DNA from: Guillardia theta CCMP2712
Taxonomy: Eukaryota > Protista > Cryptophyta
Length of the DNA: 64,000 bases
NCBI RefSeq assembly: GCF_000315625.1
Contig: NW_005434584.1
Location: 62,001-126,000 of the forward strand
Direction of reading: 5' to 3'
A program made the translations under genes and the position numbers. The notes under the pieces are model-generated. The model did not search any database. It had not been told where the DNA came from and was given only the letters and a program-made list of their open reading frames with translations. Of the stretch, positions 36,303-48,246 are shown in pieces; positions within the stretch are counted from its first letter, which is position 1, and each line of letters begins with the position of its first letter.

Positions 36303-37449
36303 ACCCGCTGAGCAAAGCGGCCCTTCACAGGGCTTCAAAAAACTTGAGGTTGTCATACGAAAACAACATGTACCCTCCTCTTCGACGATCCAATGTCAGA
36401 GGACACCAGGGGTACTCAAGATAATCCACCGCCAACTTTGATTTTGCGGAAAGATTGGAATTGGTCTGTTTTTCCACGTAATAAAGATTTATCGGATCGA
36501 TGCATGTTTATTACGAAGAGCTCCAAGTTTTTATGGTTTATTGGATCACCTTCACTTGCTTCCGGTACAAAATATAGCGGCCAGCAATAGCCGATCAGTT
36601 CAGCACCGCTGGCCTCTTCCTCGAGCAAGTTCGCTCCTGGCGGCCCCCGGGTTGAGTAAAAGCTCCTCGTACACCCTTACAGCCTCGAGATAGTAGTAAA
36701 AACTCTCGGCAATTGTCCTTTGACACTAGCCGGCCGCCCCCGGCAGGCCCCGAGTCTCGGCAGAAGCTGACAGTGAGGCGGACATGGACTCAAAGTGGAT
36801 TTTAGGGCGATCAATCGCCTTCTTCACTCGAAGTCAGTGGTGGGGAAAACGGTGACTCGGTGAGTCAGTTCAATGGCTATCAGCCTCATATTTTATCCCT
36901 CGGTTCTCTTGTCCTTCTCTTGTCTTCTTGTCTCAGTCTTGTCATGTCGTGTCTTGTATTCTTCTTCTCCCTCATGCTACCTCATTTCATTTAGACCGCC
37001 GGAGCGTAACCACCCACGGGAGGTGATATCAACTCATCTCGGGCAAATGAACACACTTGAGGTGCTCAAATCAGTCTGTGAACTTCACTCTATTCGGCAG
37101 TGAGTCTACTGTTGCCGTCTGACCTCTCAACTAAGATTCGATGGTCCGGATAGAACGAGGAAGACGTTTCTCTGTTCCCTCTTCCCATTTTCCCCTTTCC
37201 ACTACCCTTCTTATCTACTATCCCTTCTTTTCTCTCTAAAGCTGTAAGAGTAGTTTCTGAGTGACAGAAGTTTGTTCCCTCCGTCCTCCCTCCTTTCTCT
37301 CCTCCCTCCCCCTTCCCCCTCCCCCCTTCTCCTCCTCCTCCTTCTATTCTCTTCCTCTCCTCCGAAGAATAGAAGGCTACTTTGACCCAGGCAGGACCAT
37401 GTCACAAACTCATCTAATGTTTTAAGAGGAGAACCCCAGCAGTAGTTGA

Positions 37450-39546
37450 CTACACGTTTAGTCCGGCCTTTCTCAGCTTCTTGGATCCGTTGTCCGTAGA
37501 GTCGAAGGCAAACATCCCCTCCTCTCCCATCGGCCCGAGCACCTGCCCCAAAGTCACTTCCTTCCTCCCTCTTTCCCACCCTCCCCTCCCCCCTTCCCTC
37601 CTCTCCTCTTCCTTCCCCTCCCTCCTCTCCTCTTCCTTCCTTCCCCCTCCCTTCCCTCCTCTCACCGGCGCATGCGGGATGACATGGATGTCTATAGTCT
37701 GCTTCCCAGACGCCTGGGCGACAGGAGGAGCCACAAACGCCATGGGTGGCTGCGCAGCTGCAGCAGCGTGTCGGGCAAGGCCAGCAAGGCCATCGACCGT
37801 CTTCAAAAGAGCCTCTGCACTTCCCTTCTTCCCCGCCGCCTCCTCCTCCACTCGCTCCGCCCTCTGCAGCAGCGCCAAGGATTTCTCTTCCTCCAGAGAC
37901 AACTCGTTGACGGCAGCTGCAGCGGAAGCGTTGGAGAAGATTTTCTGTTCGAGCAGGTCCTCCTTCCTCTTCTGCATCTCCGCACTCTCCTCCTCTGCTC
38001 CGTGGGCCTTGGCAGCAGATTTCTGCATCTCTGCTCTGCTCTCCTCCACCTCCTTCTCCAGGGCGCTTATCTCAGCTTCCAGCGCCTTCGCCTTCCACTC
38101 GGCCTGGGCCATCGCCAAGCTCGTCTCCTGAGCCGCCATCCCTACCGCCTCCTGCCCTCCTCGGGATGCGTTCACCGCCTCCTCTCGAGCCATCATCACC
38201 CTCTCCAGGTCTGCCTGGGCCTCTGCCAATTTCCTGCCATAAAGCTCCTCCTCTGCTGCCGCTTCTTGCGCATACAGCTTGGCGTCTATGATCTCTTCTT
38301 CCTTGTGAACGAGAGCAGCTCTGCGATCTTGGTAGGCTTGTTTCGCTCGCTCCGCCTCCTCTGCAGCCTTCTTGGCATCCTCCTTAGCCTCATCGGCCAT
38401 CGCCACCTGCACCTTTGCCGACATGGAAGTTTCCATGAGCTTCGCCTTGGCCCTCGCTAGGCTCTCGCCAGCGACGTCTCGCCTCCACGTTGCTCGTTGG
38501 ATCGCCTTGGCTTTCACCTCATCTACTCTGCGATGAGCAACTGCCTCATCCTCCTCCTCGCGAGCCTTGGCTGCCGACTCTCTCGCTGCCTCCAACTGCT
38601 TCTTCGCCTTTTGAGCTTCACCGGCCGCTCGTCCAGCTTGACTGCGCATCAGGCTCTTGTACGCCTTGGCTTGCTCGACCTCGAGATCGTAGTGGTTGGA
38701 AGATGCAATGGCGCGAGCAAGCTGGTCCGTCAGCCGAGCTTTGACTCCCCAAGCCACGTCGCTTCTCTTCCTCGCGGCTTCCACAGCCTTCTGTCGCTCT
38801 TGCTCGGCATCTCGCAGCTCGCCCTGAACCTTCGAAACCTGTTTAGCGTATATGTCGCGAAGGTTCTCCATCTGCTGAGCAGTCGATCGAGAAGAGAAGA
38901 GCAAGTTTGAAAGAGACTGTCTGATCTCCTCATGCTGTTCAGCAAGATTCTGGGTCTGCTTGTTCATGTTTGCCAGCTTGTCCTGCTCCTCTTCTATCTC
39001 AGCATGCAACTTCTTCAGTAGAGCATGGCTTTCCTCCCATGCCTGGGCAGCGATGCGATCGACAGCAGCAGCAGGCCGAACAAGCTGACGGACGTAACGG
39101 ATCCTTACCGGCGTGATTCTCTGCTGATACACTTGTAGAGGGCTGTCATCCTGGTCGATCCTAGTCCGGTGAAACTTTTTGTAAGAGGTCATGAGCCTCC
39201 GGATCTCCGCCTCTGTCGCCCTCGCGTTCTCGATCGCAGTCTTGTACGCCATGTAACTTCTCTGAAGCAGCGCCAGATCCCGCGCGCTCATGACCGGCAC
39301 AGGCCGAACGCCTACTGGACGCCGGTAGTAGCCTAGCACATCGTCACCCTCACCTTGCCAAGGCTGCAAGCGCAGAGCATTCGTACCAGCGAACTGCAGG
39401 AGGGAGGAAGCAGCATCAAGACTTGAGATCTGCGAGACGACGAGGACGAGAACAACAGAGGCAGCCACCACCAAGGGCGCTAAGCCTCCAGGCATCTGCC
39501 TGCCCAGCCCTCCCCATGAAGGCATCCCCGCTCCCCCCTGACACAA
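37450..39546 (-). CDS. Ala/Glu/Lys-rich coiled-coil protein with N-terminal hydrophobic segment, function unknown
   Basis: Long ORF with LAPLVVAASVVLVLVV followed by extended heptad-like sequence; probable in-frame 123-nt intron 37665-37543 (gtgaga...ggcag); 5' end uncertain. Confidence 0.7.
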   Translation of the reverse strand: MCQGGAGMPSWGGLGRQMPGGLAPLVVAASVVLVLVVSQISSLDAASSLLQFAGTNALRLQPWQGEGDDVLGYYRRPVGVRPVPVMSARDLALLQRSYMAYKTAIENARATEAEIRRLMTSYKKFHRTRIDQDDSPLQVYQQRITPVRIRYVRQLVRPAAAVDRIAAQAWEESHALLKKLHAEIEEEQDKLANMNKQTQNLAEQHEEIRQSLSNLLFSSRSTAQQMENLRDIYAKQVSKVQGELRDAEQERQKAVEAARKRSDVAWGVKARLTDQLARAIASSNHYDLEVEQAKAYKSLMRSQAGRAAGEAQKAKKQLEAARESAAKAREEEDEAVAHRRVDEVKAKAIQRATWRRDVAGESLARAKAKLMETSMSAKVQVAMADEAKEDAKKAAEEAERAKQAYQDRRAALVHKEEEIIDAKLYAQEAAAEEELYGRKLAEAQADLERVMMAREEAVNASRGGQEAVGMAAQETSLAMAQAEWKAKALEAEISALEKEVEESRAEMQKSAAKAHGAEEESAEMQKRKEDLLEQKIFSNASAAAAVNELSLEEEKSLALLQRAERVEEEAAGKKGSAEALLKTVDGLAGLARHAAAAAQPPMAFVAPPVAQASGKQTIDIHVIPHAPVRGGKGGGRKEEERREGKEEERREGGRGGWERGRKEVTLGQVLGPMGEEGMFAFDSTDNGSKKLRKAGLNV

Positions 39547-40222
39547 GCAGGATCAGCACGAGCTTCAAACATCATGGCCTATGATGAAGAAAATGCCAAT
39601 GACATAGACGAGAAGAGATGATGAAAGATATCAACCAATCATAGGAGAAGGAAGAACAATTCAAGAGAGAGTCTATATGAAGATGGCAAACATGATAACA
39701 TGGAAATGAAACACAAGACTTCATCCCAAGAATGTCAGCTCAGTTCCATGGCTATCAGCCCCATCATTCCCCATCTCTCCTCCTCTCCTCCTCTCCTCCT
39801 CCCTCCATGTTAGATTGGAGCGACATCATTCCGAAGAGTCGGCGATTTTCCAGTTACATCCGTTATTTTGTATTCTTGTTCCGTTGCACAACCGTTGATC
39901 AATCGTACCGTTACGATTCGGTTTCATCTTTACACGCCTCCCAAAGTTCGGTTGCGCTTTTGGTGGTTGGAATTTGAAAATCGAGACGTGACATGCACAC
40001 GTACATGTAGTACTACTGTGCTCATTATTCATCACAATACCTCGCATCTCTCTTCCCTCTCCCTCGTGCTTCCTCCTGTCTTCTGCTCTCTTCCTGTCCT
40101 TGATATCGTTTCATTCTCTCACCCTACTTCCAATTTCTCTCTGTCCCGTTAAGCTTGCAGGTGGCATCCCTTCAACGCTCTCCCCTGCCCGAAAGGTCTT
40201 GTCCGAAAGGTCTTGTCAACGG

Positions 40223-40273
40223 CATCCATCCATCCATCCATCCATCCATCCATCCATCCATCCATCCATCCAT
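40223..40273. repeat. (CATC)n microsatellite
   Basis: Direct inspection. Confidence 0.95.
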
Positions 40274-40599
40274 GAAAGCTCCGCCATATCTTCTTCAGAG
40301 CCTTGTAAACTCCCTCCAATAACGTCTAACCTTGTGTGGCAGTCAGTTCTTTGATGAGTCCTCATGTGTCAAGCTTGTCCATTTTCACAACTGTAGACGT
40401 CATTCTTGCTAACATCAAACCCATCATCTGTATTAACATGACCAAGTATCATCTGTATCTACATGACGAAAAATCACCTGTATCAAAATGACGAAATTTG
40501 TCTCAAGGAACCAACTAACAATCTCATGTCATTGCGAACACAGCTGAAATATTTTTTCTCCTCAGTGTTTATTAGCATCTCTATTTTCAACTCCTCGTA

Positions 40600-41628
40600 A
40601 TGGCTGCCATGGCTTCGGGAGATTCAGCAAACGCTTGCAAGAGACTGCAGAAGGAGCTCATGACCCTCATGATGAGTCAAGACGAAGGAATCTCAGCATT
40701 TCCTGACGTAGACAACATCTTGAACTGGAAGGCGACTATTCAAGGAACCGAAGGGACGCCATATGAGGGTATGTCTCTACCTCCCTCTCTTTGACATCAC
40801 TTTGCCCTGTACCAACTCCTGCTCCTCCTCACTCTCTGCTCCTCCTCACTCTCTGCTCCTCCTCTGCTCCTCTGCTCCTTACTCCTTACTCCTTTTGACT
40901 CCTTACTCTTACTCCATGCTCAATCTTTTACGTCCTCCTCTCTTGACATTGTATCCTTTCGGTGACGAGGCTTGCAGGGCTTGCTTATGAGCTCTCTCTC
41001 GTCTTCCCGTCCAACTATCCTTGTGCTCCTCCGACCGTCAAGTTCATCACTCCTTGCTTCCATCCCAACGTCGATGTCTACGGCAGCATCTGCCTTGACA
41101 TCCTCCAAGACAAGTGGTCGGCGGTGTATGACGTCAGGACGACGCTCCTTTCACTCCGCTCTCTTCTTGGAGGTATTCTCCCCCTCCCTGCCCTTTAGAT
41201 GACGTGCCATGCAGAGCCTAACAACGACAGCCCTCTCAACTCTCTTGCTGCATCCATGTGGAAGAAACAAGATGGTAATGCGCTTCTAGTTCGAATTCAT
41301 CTTTGGGCCCTCCCTCCCTCCCTCCCTCCCTCNNNNNNNNNNNNNNNNNNNNNNNNNNNNNNNNNNNNNNNNNNNNNNNNNNNNNNNNNNNNNNNNNNNN
41401 NNNNNNNNNNNNNNNNNNNNNNNNNNNNNNNNTCCTCCCTCCCTCCCTCCTCCCTCCTCCCTCCCTCCCTCCCTCCCTCCCTCCCTCCCCTCCCTCCCTC
41501 CCTCCCTCCCTCCTTCTTTCCGCATGCTACCTCTGAACAAATCTAAACTCGCCGCAGAAAATTTTCGGAAGCAAGTTTTGAAGCAGCATGCAGAAGGCAA
41601 CACTCAGAACGCAGATCCTAACCGATGA
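40600..41628 (+). CDS. UBE2C: Ubiquitin-conjugating enzyme E2, UBE2C/UbcH10-like; 4 exons (40600-40768, 40978-41172, 41215-41274, 41558-41628)
   Basis: [12 protein letters not shown]...GISAFPD..NILNW..TI.G..GTPYEG; [28 protein letters not shown]; EPNNDSPLN; GT-AG junctions keep the frame. Confidence 0.9.
41333..41432. other. Assembly gap (100 N) inside a CCTC-rich intron
   Basis: Run of N flanked by (ccct)n. Confidence 0.99.
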
Positions 41629-42847
41629 TAATGAAATTCTTCCTCAACTCTCTTATGCTTTCAAGCCTTTTGTCCTTGAAGGAAGTGTAGGATCCGCCTC
41701 AGATGTCCTGAATGAGATGGAAATGCTTCATGCTGCACCTCCATCGCTGAGAGCAAGCAACCTCTAACCCATTTTAGCACCGGTATTCCCAAAGTCGCCC
41801 GCTGATGATTGTCTCTCTCAAACTTGAACATTTCAGCACTGAGCTGCGGCCATGCCTGCACGGTGCCTCCGAGGTGAGCTTGTCGCCATCGTTCGCAACT
41901 TTGGTAGCCTTCGCTACTGGTCCGATGGGACTGACAACACACGGACTCGGGACATTCTGACTCCAGTGCTGCCGTAGTAAATGACGTCACATTACTTAGA
42001 GCTGCCCCGGGGTGTGACAATGGAAAGGAAGAGAAAGAGGAAGCTTGTGCGCATGCTACCTCACAAGACCGGAGCTGCGGGGCAGCAAGTCCATCACTGC
42101 CATCCCTCTCTCCTCGACGTACTCCTCCTGCAAGCTCGTTGTCGACAGCGTGAATAGATGTTCGTCTCCCCGATGGAGTTGTTGTATGCAGATCCGTCTT
42201 GTTTACATCTCCGCTACTCGATAAATATCCCGGTAAGTCTTGCCTGACTAGTGTGATAGTTGTAAGTTGTAAGTTTTCGAAAAACAATAAGAGTCTGCAT
42301 GTTGGTCACCTGGATCATTGAGATATGTGTAATGAACCATGTGATAGAGGTTCCAACAATGGTGCTGAAAGCGAGGTCCCTTGAGCAAGCTGCGATGTAC
42401 GACCTCTGACCAAGATGGAGGGTGGTTAACATGTTCATGTTAAATCCTCGTTGAGACTTTGCTTTGTGAGGTGCAAGGCTAGATTTTCATAAGGATTTCT
42501 TTCATTGACGATTTTCACAACGAATTCTTTTATTGACAGCAACTTAAATGAACTTCAAAGAAAAGAATAGTTGTTTGAGCAAAGCAGGTTCCTGTATGAC
42601 AAAGAACTTCTTGACATCGAGAGTATCATCTTGTTTGTTCGATCTTGGTTGGGATGTCAGGGCAAGAAGCAGTGAGCACAAGCAAACGATAAGAAGAATC
42701 CAACGCAGTCACTAGGCTAGAATGAAAATCAAGGAGAAGGGAAGGGTTACGGGCCGCGCAGAGCAACGAGACTGTTGAAACGATTGCAAGGAGGAAAGTT
42801 GGGGAGGATCTGAAACACTCGTGCTGCCTGTAGAAATCTTGACTTGC

Positions 42848-43792
42848 TCAGTTCCATCCAAATCGATCGAAGTATTCAACACAAGGCAGCTGATGTCGGG
42901 ACTGAGTGTCTGAGATTGAACTAATGCTCATGTTCGGGTGCTTCATGAAATGCATTGGATCCGGGACGAAGGGGTAGTAGTATCGTTGAATCCCCTTCTT
43001 GTAGAGGTACCCTGAAAGCCAGACGTCGTCATGAAAGAAACAACCCGACGGGAGTCTCTTCAAGTACTCGAAGATGTCATCGCCGAAGTACCGGACCCGG
43101 TACGCAATTCCCGTGTACCCCATGAGCCAACCGTAGCAGGGAATGATCCTATCCTGCGAGTACCAGCCTGCTGTTGCGAGGATCCCATGAGGAAACCCGA
43201 GAGTCACCATACCATGAATGGGCATGAGAGCAGGCAGCTCCTGGCAGAGGCCACTCAGACACCCCTCGGAAGGCATGTGGTAGGCAAGGGAGGCGACGAC
43301 TTGCTGCGGGTACTCGCAATCATCGTCCAGGGTAATGATCATGGTCTCCGGGTCTTTCTCCACCTGCAGAGCTCCCAACAACTTGGTGGCAGGACCGAAG
43401 TCTCTGTTGAGGAAGTGCAGGTAGAAGAGTTGGTTCTTGTAATCGTGACTGCTGCCCGGCACCATCTCGAGAGAGCCGGTGGTGGGCGTCAATGCATGGA
43501 CCAAGGCCTCGATGTCCTGGGATGTAATGTTGCCGAACCGAGTGTAGAGAGGGATGTTGACCATGATTCTGTCGGGTCTCAGCGACTGCTTCTTCATCGA
43601 CGTCAGCGATCGTCGCAGGAAGTCAACTCGCCCCAGGAGCGAGCTCACGGACACAACCAGCCGAACTTTCTCGGACTTGCTCGTCACTGATCGCACATGC
43701 GGGCGGTACAAGGGGATGATCAGGCACAGGTACAGGGGGAACAGCAGCGCCAGACCTGCCAGCCCCAGCACGCACGCCCGCCGCGACTGCAT
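42848..43792 (-). CDS. GT-A fold glycosyltransferase, type-II membrane, intronless
   Basis: Likely ATG 43792 (MQSRRACVLGLAGLALLFPLYLCLII); VVSVSSL..R...L.S..KQS..PD.I; DFGPATKLL; IITLDDD (DxD); DDVWLSGYL. Confidence 0.8.
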   Translation of the reverse strand: MQSRRACVLGLAGLALLFPLYLCLIIPLYRPHVRSVTSKSEKVRLVVSVSSLLGRVDFLRRSLTSMKKQSLRPDRIMVNIPLYTRFGNITSQDIEALVHALTPTTGSLEMVPGSSHDYKNQLFYLHFLNRDFGPATKLLGALQVEKDPETMIITLDDDCEYPQQVVASLAYHMPSEGCLSGLCQELPALMPIHGMVTLGFPHGILATAGWYSQDRIIPCYGWLMGYTGIAYRVRYFGDDIFEYLKRLPSGCFFHDDVWLSGYLYKKGIQRYYYPFVPDPMHFMKHPNMSISSISDTQSRHQLPCVEYFDRFGWN

Positions 43793-44164
43793 GCCCTTGT
43801 CGATAGCTGTCTTTTCCGTTTCTTCACCGTTACATGTCTGTGGACCTACCGTCGGCGTACACAATTCAGTGACTGGCAAAACTGCCCCCGGGCCGGTCCA
43901 AGCGGCCGGTTGATGACCAATCGGGGGGCCGGGCCGTAGCACTGGCGGGCCCGGCCTGCTTCGGGCCCCGGGGCCCGGGCCCGGCTGCACGGCGCGGCCT
44001 CTGAGCACGACGGGGCTGAGGGGGGCTGCATCAAAGTTTACTCGGCTACTTCCAGTCATACCACGGAGTCACTGTGAGAATCTGTTTACTCGCTCAACAG
44101 CAGCAGTCAAAATTTATGATAGTATCCCAAGGCGAGCAAGAGGGTCTGTCGCTGGCCCGGTAGG

Positions 44165-45616
44165 CTAGTAAGGAGACTCGCAGGAACTCTCAGCGTTGGC
44201 AGCTTCTGCTCGCCATGGTGAGGCTGAGCTAGAGCAAGCGAGAGTTTCCTCACCTAATAGGGGCTTGAAGTCCGCGATGATGTTGCAGAAGGCGTCGCTG
44301 CGTCGCAAGGATGAGGAGGAGGAGGAGGAATAAGGAAGGGCGATCATCAAGTGCGAGGAACGAGCAGCAGGGGTCTGAACTCACCGTCTCTTCTCTTCAA
44401 CTGCTCCTCTCACCTCCTCCACTGCTTCTTGCAAGTGCTGCCATGTCGAAGCCGCATTGCTGAGGAGAAGAATAAGTCCGAGCAGAAGGGAGCAAGAGCG
44501 CAGGAGGGAGGAAGGGAGAGGAGGGAGCAAGGAAGGGCGGGGAAGGGAGGAAGAAAAGGAGCAAGAGGGATGGAGGGATCAGGGAGAAGGGAGGAAGGAT
44601 GAGGGAGGAAGGAAGGGGGATGAGGGAGGGAGGGAGGGATCAGGAGGAAGGAAGGGAGGAAGGAGTGGAGGGAGGGAAGGGGATCAGGACAAAGGGAGAG
44701 AAAGAGGGAGGATGAGAAAGGGAGGGAAGGTCCACCGGAAAATGGACGAAAAGAGGGAGGATGAGGGGAGGGAGGGGAGGAGGATGAGGGAGAGAGGGAG
44801 GAAGAGGGAGGGGGGGACGAAGAGGGAGGGGGGGAGGATAAGGGAGAGCTCACGGGTTCTCAGTCTGGATGTCCCAGTAGGTATCGGGCTCGTTGATGCT
44901 CGCCATCCTCTGAATCACCGCGATCATGGCGCGATGAGGAGGCGTCGAGATCTTCTTCGCCAGCCCCGCGTCGTAGCCCATCTGACTCGAGTCGTCACCT
45001 CCGGCTCCAACCCGGTCAACCCTCTCCTCCTCCTCCTCCTCCTCCTCCTCCCTTTCTCCTGCCTCTCGACCCATCCGCAACCAATCGCACTTGTTCTCAT
45101 CCCTCGCTCCTTCCTATTCCCTCCTGTTTCTCCTTCCTCTTTCCACCTTCTTCAGGGTAAGTCCAAAGGTTATCAGGGCAGCATGAGTTGCATTTTGAAC
45201 CTGCAGCAAAGTCAAAGAATTGGGATGTATGAGGGGGATAGGGAGAAAGAAGAGGAGGGGCAGGATGACAATTTTGATGTGAGGAGGAGGAGGAGGCAGG
45301 AGGAGGAGGATAGGAGGAGGAGGATAGGAGGAGGAGGATAGGAGGAGGATAGGAGGAGGAGGATGGGAGGAGGAGGAGGAGGAGGAGGAGGTGGTGGTGG
45401 TGGAGGAGGAGGAGGAGGAAGAGGAGGTGGTGGAAGTGAAGAGGAGGAGGACCAGGTGGAGGAGGAAGAGGAAAGGAGGAGGAGGAGGAGGGGAGGAGGA
45501 GGAGATGAGAGTAGCAAACCGCGGATGTCACACGATCATGCAGCTCTCCACTTTCCATCGGCACGATAGTCGATCCCCTGCGGCAAGGTGAGTACAGGTA
45601 GGAGTTTCCTTCCGCC

Positions 45617-45660
<44 letters not shown>

Positions 45661-45697
45661 CACGCATGCACTGACTCACAACCTCCATCACTCCAGC

Positions 45698-45731
<34 letters not shown>

Positions 45732-47304
45732 TCACCACCACCACCAACACACTCATCATCACCCCTTCCTCCATCTACCATGATTCGATCAGTGCCTCGA
45801 ACGCCTTGCTCCTTCCTGCCGTGCGGATGTGAATCGAGACTGTGTTCTGCCCTTGCCATCCTGCACCAGCAGTCAACCCCACGTCTTCTTGCTCGCTCCC
45901 AGCTGCTTCTTACCTGCAGCAGGAGCGAACATCGGGTGAACACTGAGCAGCTCAATGTGCGGGTACTTGTCTTTCAGCTCCGAGTACCTGCCAGGATCGT
46001 CAAGAGATTCTGACGCGCCCGCCTCACTCACGCGCTGCAGATGCCAGACTTGACGGAGAGAACGTCTGTGAAGAGAGCGCCGGACGCCATGTGAGGAGCA
46101 AGAGCCTGCGTTACGATCAGCTCGCACCTCACCATCTGATATAGCCTTTCCTTTCACCTCCTCCCTAATCAATCCTCCTCACCCTTCGATAATGTCATAT
46201 CCTTCCTACTTCTGCCTCTTGCTGTTGTCTCACTCTCTCTCTTCTCACGTACTGCGGACATCTCAGTCTCTCTATCATTTGTCTGTCCGTCATGCTTCCC
46301 TCTTCTCCCTCCAGCTCTTGGCTTCTGCTCCTGTCTCACCTCTAGCGCCCTCACGCAGGGCCCAGGAGGAAGGCAGCTGATGATGACAGAAGCAGACCTC
46401 ACCCTCTCGATCACCTTGCACCTGCCTCAGCTGGCGCATAGGTGGACAATAGATCTCACCGCATCCTTGGGGTCGCAGGGATCAGCTGACAGGTAGTCGT
46501 TGAAGCAAGCATCGGACCTGAGGAAGAGTGTAAGGAGAGCAGAGAGAAGTGAAGGGAGAGAAGTAGTTGGAGGAGAGGGACGACGAGGATGAAGAAAGGC
46601 CGAGTGAGGAGGGGGATAGCAGCTTCAACAAAGGAGAAGGGAGAACAAGGTTAGAAGGAAGAGAGAGGATTTGAAGGAGAGGGTCTGATGGAGGGAGGGA
46701 ACCTGGGGGAGCCCTTCCTCGAGATTCCTCTCACTTTGATTCCTGACTTGCTCAATACCTGAGATGAGCAATAAGAGTTCGTGCCAGGAGGGATGCAACA
46801 GGATAGAGGAAGAGTGAGAGCAGATCGACTATGAAGTTGGACACATAATGTTCAAACTCCATCACCATCTCCTTCATCAACACTGCCTTCTGTTCAATGT
46901 CTTCTTGCTCACCTGAGAGAAGAGTGTTCCAAACCCTCCACTTGCTCCTAACACAATCACCTGAAACATTCGATCAGTCATTGTGCTGTAAACTCCCGTT
47001 TTGTTCTCCCCTCTCGCCCCCTTTGCTTGTCCTTGGGCTTCTCATCGGTTCAATCCTCCATCACGACCAATCTCATTTTGTCTATCCCTCCAACTCCCTT
47101 GTCTCTCCTCCTCCTCCCTCTCCATCGCCCCCCCTAACTCCTCCCTCCCTCCTCCCTCCTCCTTCCCTCCCTCTCCATCCCTCTCCCGTCTCCTTCCGTC
47201 TCCTCCCTCTTCCTCTCCCTCCCTCCCATTCCTCCGTCTCCTCCGTCTCCTCCACCCTGCCTCTCTCTCTCCCTCTCCTCCCTTACTTCCTCAATCGTCG
47301 CCAT
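44165..47304 (-). CDS. tyrA: Prephenate/arogenate dehydrogenase (TyrA family), multi-exon
   Basis: Exons assembled by eye: MATIEE | VIVLGASGGFGTLFSQ (Rossmann) | VLSKSGIKVRGIS | VIISCLP | LFTDVLSVKSGI | LLSVHPMFAP | ELHDRVTSA | VQNATHAALITFG | TPPHRAM...YWDIQTENP. Exact exon boundaries and the 3' end are approximate. Confidence 0.8.
45621..45657. repeat. (CA)n microsatellite in an intron
   Basis: Direct inspection. Confidence 0.95.
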
Positions 47305-47566
47305 GTCGTGATATAAAGGGGTTCGTCACACGGACCCGAATTTAGTTTTCTCTCTCTGATATTTTGGATATATCTTACTATGACTCCCATAATATCAAAA
47401 TTCAAAAAATGATCCGGGCCCCGGGCGCAGTTTCTCAGTGACCAGCAGTGAAACCGAGATTGTAACGGTCAGTCCTCCAATCTTTACTCAAAGTTAATCC
47501 AATCAATGGCAACTTGTCTGAATGAAGACAGGCAGCAGCAAGACCGTCTAGAGTTGTGCATGAGGG

Positions 47567-47744
47567 GCATTTGTGTTGAGCTTGTTTTAAATGACTGCCT
47601 TATCGTCTATTAGAAGCATTTGTGTTGAGCTTGTTTTAAATGGCTGCCTTATCGTCTGTTAGAAGCATATGTGTTGAGCTTGTTTTAAATGACTGCCTTA
47701 TCGTCTATTAGAAGCATTTGTGTTGAGCTTGTTTGTTGAGCTTG
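47567..47744. repeat. 49-bp minisatellite, ~3.4 copies
   Basis: gcatttgtgttgagcttgttttaaatgactgccttatcgtctattagaa at 47567, 47616, 47665 and (partial) 47714. Confidence 0.95.
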
Positions 47745-48246
47745 CTGTCTACTAAACCATGCTTCGCTTGGTGATTTGAAAAGCTTTTGTTGACCTGCAA
47801 TTCAGCTCGCCAGTGAGATCGAAGGCTTCGACCCTCAGCAAGCGTGCCTCTATCAGAGTGGTGGGCTTGTTGCATCGAGTACACGACTTGTGCTAAGACC
47901 AGCAGTAGCCTACAGCTCAGCTATTACACACCCACCAAGGAAGATGTATTGAAACAACCGTGACAACAAAGTCACTCTACTCTAAACCGACGTGAGCTAG
48001 TCAGTTCCAACCCCTCCTGTTAAACTACTCTAGTGCCCTCGTCTATTCTCATGCTTCCTCTATCCTGTGCTCTCCCCTCCTGCCAGCTTCCTCCGTGCCT
48101 GCGACGACTCATGGTGTCGACCTCCTCCCATGCTTGTAGTCAGCTTGCCTGCTAGACTTTGCCTGCTTCAAAGCTACTGGGTCATCCCCAGACGACACCA
48201 CAGGCCTGTCTGAGCGACAGACAGACAGACAGACAGAGGCTAGATG

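Noticed and set aside
41661-42438. Possible small minus-strand gene
   Set aside because: No recognisable motif or confident exon structure; cannot be supported from sequence alone
43793-44059. Pro/Gly-rich N-terminal extension of the GT-A ORF
   Set aside because: It translates a GC-rich upstream island; the signal anchor follows the ATG at 43792
44410-45955. Poly-Pro, poly-Gly and Glu/Arg-rich ORFs
   Set aside because: They are readings of low-complexity GA/CT introns of the prephenate dehydrogenase gene
47567-47744. Possible CRISPR-like repeat
   Set aside because: Plain 49-bp tandem repeat without spacers
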